37,704 nt of DNA from a virus (lineage: Duplodnaviria > Caudoviricetes). This document shows, one piece after another, positions 34,449-37,704 of this stretch. Made by a program: the position numbers and the translations under genes. Each line of letters begins with the position of its first letter. Position 1 is the first letter of the stretch. The DNA lies in IMG/VR virus record IMGVR_UViG_3300005611_000081, positions 1 through 37,704 of that record; one strand, 5' to 3'. The notes beneath the pieces are model-generated. The model saw only the letters and a list, made by a program, of their open reading frames with translations. It did no database searches and was not told where the DNA came from.

Positions 34449-35600
34449 ATGATTTACAAAGAAATAATTGCTTTAATAAACGAAGAGCTAACTAAAGAAT
34501 TTGAAATGTTAACGGTATCTGAAAGGGTTGACGCTGTTAACAATATAAGAGAAAGCATTCATGCAATAAGCCCGTTCAAAGATGAGCCTGTTGATTTTAT
34601 AAGATGGGTTTATGTTGATGGTGTTCACGCTAATGACTACAACCCAAACAGCGTAGCGCCGCCAGAAATGGAACTATTGCGCCACTCAATAAGCAAGGAT
34701 GGCTACACTCAGCCAGTAGTCACATGGAATAACGAAAAGTCAGGACTTCGTGAAGTTATTGATGGGTTCCATAGAACAAGAGTATGTAAAGAAGTTCCAG
34801 AAATAAAGGGGCGAGTAAGCGGCTTTCTACCTGTTGTTACAGTTAACGAAACATGCACATCAAGAAGTGATCGCATGGCCTCTACTATCCGCCACAACAG
34901 AGCAAGAGGAAAGCATAACGTCACTGCCATGTCTGATATTGTAACAGAGCTTAAAAATAGAAACTGGAAGAACGCAAGAATAGCCAAGGAACTTGGCATG
35001 GATGAAGATGAGGTTTTAAGGCTTTGCCAGATAACAGGTTTAGAAACACTATTTGACGATAGGGATTTTTCTAAAAGCTGGGAAGCGGAAGATTCTGCAC
35101 ACAATGAATTTAAACCATTAACTCACGATTTTGACGACGACGGAGAAGCGAAGGGGAAAACGGCAAACACAAGTGATCCTGATAGAATCTTTCATCTTTT
35201 TCAAAACTGGGAGTGTGAGCCTAGCAATTTTCACGGAACTAAACACGAAACACTATCTAAAGATGAGTGCGAGAAAATGTACGCAACCTTTTTATCTGAT
35301 TTAGATTTATTTGAGGAAGTTTTAAAAGAAGTAATCTCGGAATGGAAGTATTCGTGCGAGCACAATCTAACAAACAAGGCTATGAATAGAATCGCATGGC
35401 TAGGGCAAGCGTCGCTCGCGAAAAAATACAAAATACCTTCAAAGTCATCTGGTGGTTTTTACTTGCTTTCTAAAGATCAGCAAGACGCTGCAAATAATAT
35501 GGCTCTCAAATATCTAAACATCTGGCTGTTAAATAATAACAGAGAAGAGGTTTCATTAGATGAAGCCATGTCAACTGGCCGACAAGTATCGATATATTAA
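34449..35600 (+). CDS. ibrB: IbrB/YbdM-like ParB/Srx domain protein fused to an extra C-terminal domain
   Basis: SPFKDEPVD, ANDYNPNSVAPPEMELL, GYTQPVV, IDGFHR, STIRHNRARG and an HTH. About 170 aa of extra C-terminal sequence (SCEHNLTN..MNRIAWLGQA). Confidence 0.85.
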   Translation: MIYKEIIALINEELTKEFEMLTVSERVDAVNNIRESIHAISPFKDEPVDFIRWVYVDGVHANDYNPNSVAPPEMELLRHSISKDGYTQPVVTWNNEKSGLREVIDGFHRTRVCKEVPEIKGRVSGFLPVVTVNETCTSRSDRMASTIRHNRARGKHNVTAMSDIVTELKNRNWKNARIAKELGMDEDEVLRLCQITGLETLFDDRDFSKSWEAEDSAHNEFKPLTHDFDDDGEAKGKTANTSDPDRIFHLFQNWECEPSNFHGTKHETLSKDECEKMYATFLSDLDLFEEVLKEVISEWKYSCEHNLTNKAMNRIAWLGQASLAKKYKIPSKSSGGFYLLSKDQQDAANNMALKYLNIWLLNNNREEVSLDEAMSTGRQVSIY

Positions 35601-35610
35601 GGGGAAGTAT

Positions 35611-36819
35611 ATGTCAGCTAAAGTTTATCAAAGTAAGAACGTTTTAGAAGCGTCAAGAGAAAGAATATCGAAGTCGTTCGATGAGTTCGATAGGATATAT
35701 ATATCTTTTTCTGGCGGTAAAGATAGCACTGTAATGACGCATCTTGTGTTAGACGAAGCAAAGAAAAGAGGTGTTACGGTCGGCCTTCTTATCATTGACT
35801 TAGAAGCGCAATACTCTGACACCATAAAGCATATTGAAGAAATGGTTGAGCTATATAAGGACAATATAGATCTTCATTGGTTTTGCGGCGAACTAATGCT
35901 AAGAAATGCAGTAAGCAACTATGAGCCGCGTTGGGTGTGTTGGGATAAAGAAAAAGAAGCTGATTGGGTCAGGCCTATGCCAAAGCTTGCTAGCGATCTA
36001 TCTCAATATGATTTCTACGTGCCAAAAATGGAATTTGAAGAATTAATGGTTATATTTGGCCAGTGGTATTCGCAAGGTAAAAAAACAGGCGCATTCATAG
36101 GAATACGAAGCGACGAATCGTTACATCGTTATAAGGCGATCACATCTCGAAAAGATGGCTTGATGCTTAATGACTGGAAATGGACGACGAAGGTTTCTAA
36201 CGGTCTTTACAATATATATCCAATATATGACTGGAGAACTGAAGATATATGGACTTATCACTCTAAGTTTAAAGACAAGTGTCACAATGAAGTTTACGAC
36301 AAAATGACAATGGCTGGAGTGAAGATAAGCCAGCAGCGATTATGTCAACCGTATGGTGACGATCAAAAGAAAGGCTTATGGCTTTACCATATTCTTGAGC
36401 CTGATACATGGTACAAGCTTATCGCAAGGGTGAACGGCGTCAACAGCGGCTCACTGTATGTCCAAGAAAGAGGCAACATTTCAGGCTCGCACAAAGTAAC
36501 AAAGCCAGAAGGTCATACATGGGAGAGCTTTTGCAATCTTCTTCTTTCTACAATGCCTGACGCAACGAGAGATCATTATATGTTCAGGTTTAAGAAGTTC
36601 ATGCACGGGTGGAGAGATAGAGGTTATTACGAAATACCACAAGAAGCACCGATAGAGCTTGAGAATAAATGTTTCGCTCCTTCATGGCGTCGGATGTGTA
36701 GAGTTTTATTAAGAAATGACTACTGGTGTAAAGGACTTGGATTTACTCAGCCTAAAAGTGAGGCTTACGGTAAGTTTCTGCAGATTAGAGACGCTAGAAA
36801 ATGCAAACAACCCAACTAA
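35611..36819 (+). CDS. ibrA: IbrA/YbdN-like PAPS-reductase (PP-loop) family protein with a DUF3440-like C-terminus
   Basis: SFSGGKDS, IDLEAQY, GIRSDESLHR, YPIYDW, QRLCQPYG and APSWRRMC...NDYWC. Confidence 0.88.
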   Translation: MSAKVYQSKNVLEASRERISKSFDEFDRIYISFSGGKDSTVMTHLVLDEAKKRGVTVGLLIIDLEAQYSDTIKHIEEMVELYKDNIDLHWFCGELMLRNAVSNYEPRWVCWDKEKEADWVRPMPKLASDLSQYDFYVPKMEFEELMVIFGQWYSQGKKTGAFIGIRSDESLHRYKAITSRKDGLMLNDWKWTTKVSNGLYNIYPIYDWRTEDIWTYHSKFKDKCHNEVYDKMTMAGVKISQQRLCQPYGDDQKKGLWLYHILEPDTWYKLIARVNGVNSGSLYVQERGNISGSHKVTKPEGHTWESFCNLLLSTMPDATRDHYMFRFKKFMHGWRDRGYYEIPQEAPIELENKCFAPSWRRMCRVLLRNDYWCKGLGFTQPKSEAYGKFLQIRDARKCKQPN

Positions 36820-36974
36820 CCAGAGAGCAGCTAGTAACAAAGATTGACGACCTAAGCCAACGCGAAAGAAAAATGATCAAACTAAACGCAGAACTAACGC
36901 TTAGACTCGAACGATCTGAGCAGAGATACAAGCAGCTTAAAAACAATCTAAAACAATTAACAAAAAACGCTTGA
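36801..36974 (+). CDS. Small coiled-coil protein, 57 aa
   Basis: Read by hand: MQTTQLTREQLVTKIDDLSQRE...; heptad pattern. Confidence 0.55.
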   Translation: MQTTQLTREQLVTKIDDLSQRERKMIKLNAELTLRLERSEQRYKQLKNNLKQLTKNA

Positions 36975-37015
36975 TAGTTAAGTAATAAAATACTAATATT
37001 TAGCTACCAACTAAA
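36961..37015 (+). promoter_or_regulatory. Early sigma70-like promoter, repeated element copy B
   Basis: TTGATA-17-TAATAT; near-copy of 24512-24566 on the opposite strand. Confidence 0.65.
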
Positions 37016-37030
37016 GCAACGGACAGCAAC

Positions 37031-37210
37031 ATGAAGATTTATAAAATTACATATTCATATAAAAATACTGTACTGCATAAATCCATTGTTGCTGCTTCGT
37101 TTGTTGAAGCGTTGGAAGAATTAGATTCTGAGATGCCTAATATTTACTATGATGTTTTGGGCTGTGTTGAGTCTGAATTACCACAACTACTAAGGAAGCA
37201 AGCACTATGA
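37031..37210 (+). CDS. Hypothetical protein, 59 aa
   Basis: Read by hand (MKIYKITYSYKNT...); ATGA-coupled to the next ORF. Confidence 0.6.
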   Translation: MKIYKITYSYKNTVLHKSIVAASFVEALEELDSEMPNIYYDVLGCVESELPQLLRKQAL

Positions 37211-37335
37211 AAATAAACTCATACAAAGATATATCTACTGGCAAATGGCTAGTATCAAGAAACGGCCTAGAAGCGATTGATTCAAGCCTTGTAAAAGCGG
37301 TTTTAATACTTTTGAGAATGGAGACAGAGTTATGA
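37207..37335 (+). CDS. Hypothetical protein, 42 aa
   Basis: Read by hand (MKINSYKDISTGKW...); ATGA overlaps at both ends. Confidence 0.55.
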   Translation: MKINSYKDISTGKWLVSRNGLEAIDSSLVKAVLILLRMETEL

Positions 37336-37541
37336 ACGTACTAAAGCCAGGCGAAGCAATGTCACACGGGCGCATCATGCGAATCAAGAAAGAAGAAAGT
37401 AGCCTGATTGCCAAACAGACTAAAGAATTTTTTAAGAACGGCGGAAAGATTAAAACGCTAAATAATAACGAAAGCGCAAGCTTGCCTCCTGACTTTCAAA
37501 GCCGGAATGGTAAGAAGGCTAAGCCGGTTAAAACTAAATAA
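37332..37541 (+). CDS. Hypothetical basic protein
   Basis: 69 aa with an EFFKNGGKIKTL motif; RBS GGAG. Confidence 0.65.
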   Translation: MNVLKPGEAMSHGRIMRIKKEESSLIAKQTKEFFKNGGKIKTLNNNESASLPPDFQSRNGKKAKPVKTK

Positions 37542-37564
37542 TGTCGCTAAGGAGTGACTTGGAA

Positions 37565-37704
37565 ATGAAAAAACAAACGATTAGCTGGATTATAAATAAC
37601 GGTGGTACTAAACCAAAACGGCATACTCACTATCTAATAAAGACTAACTGGCGCAAAGCGGTGGCGTACTGGGAAAAAGATGAGGATGGTAATTTTCACT
37701 GGAT
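37565..37704 (+). CDS. Hypothetical protein running off the window end (ends at position 13 if circular)
   Basis: RBS AAGGAG, MKKQTISW...GNFHW, continuing as IDKV-stop through positions 1-13. Confidence 0.6.
   Translation, partial: MKKQTISWIINNGGTKPKRHTHYLIKTNWRKAVAYWEKDEDGNFHW

Larger units (their letters stand above)
1..37704. mobile_element. Near-complete or complete podovirus-like phage genome with a P22-like virion module
   Basis: Terminase, portal, scaffold, coat, tail hub, ejection, tailspike, lysis and replication genes are all present. No host housekeeping genes were seen. Confidence 0.93.

Noticed and set aside
34449-35600. ParABS plasmid-prophage partition system
   Set aside because: No ParA ATPase is present, and the ParB-like domain is of the IbrB type paired with a PAPS-reductase.

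Overview
The window looks like an essentially complete ~37.7 kb dsDNA phage genome, probably circularly permuted: the last ORF closes across the end/start junction with an ATGA overlap. It is podovirus-like and probably infects a Gram-negative host, since it encodes spanins. The minus-strand late arm follows the P22 gene order: terS, terL, portal, scaffold, coat, gp4, gp10, needle-position genes, gp14, three ejection proteins, tailspike, then a lysis cassette. An unusual four-gene module precedes terS (secreted FN3 protein, 1222-aa beta-rich protein, 10-aa-repeat protein, small beta protein). A divergent replication region carries a Prim-Pol/SF3 primase-helicase with an adjacent iteron-like origin, a Cro-like HTH, a DUF2800 nuclease, a DUF2815 SSB, a family-B DNA polymerase, VRR-NUC and a SNF2 helicase. 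There is also a C5 DNA methyltransferase, an IbrB/IbrA-like ParB plus PAPS-reductase pair, and many small early ORFs. No integrase, CI-type repressor, tRNA or CRISPR array was seen. The two most striking observations are (1) an integrase-less, integron-like array at 27-716 (attI-like site, a well-formed attC, a degenerate attC, and two cassettes with complementary core sites and genes inverted relative to attC), and (2) a membrane-anchored CheY-like receiver domain translationally coupled inside the lysis cassette. All family assignments come from motif recognition by eye, not from database searches.
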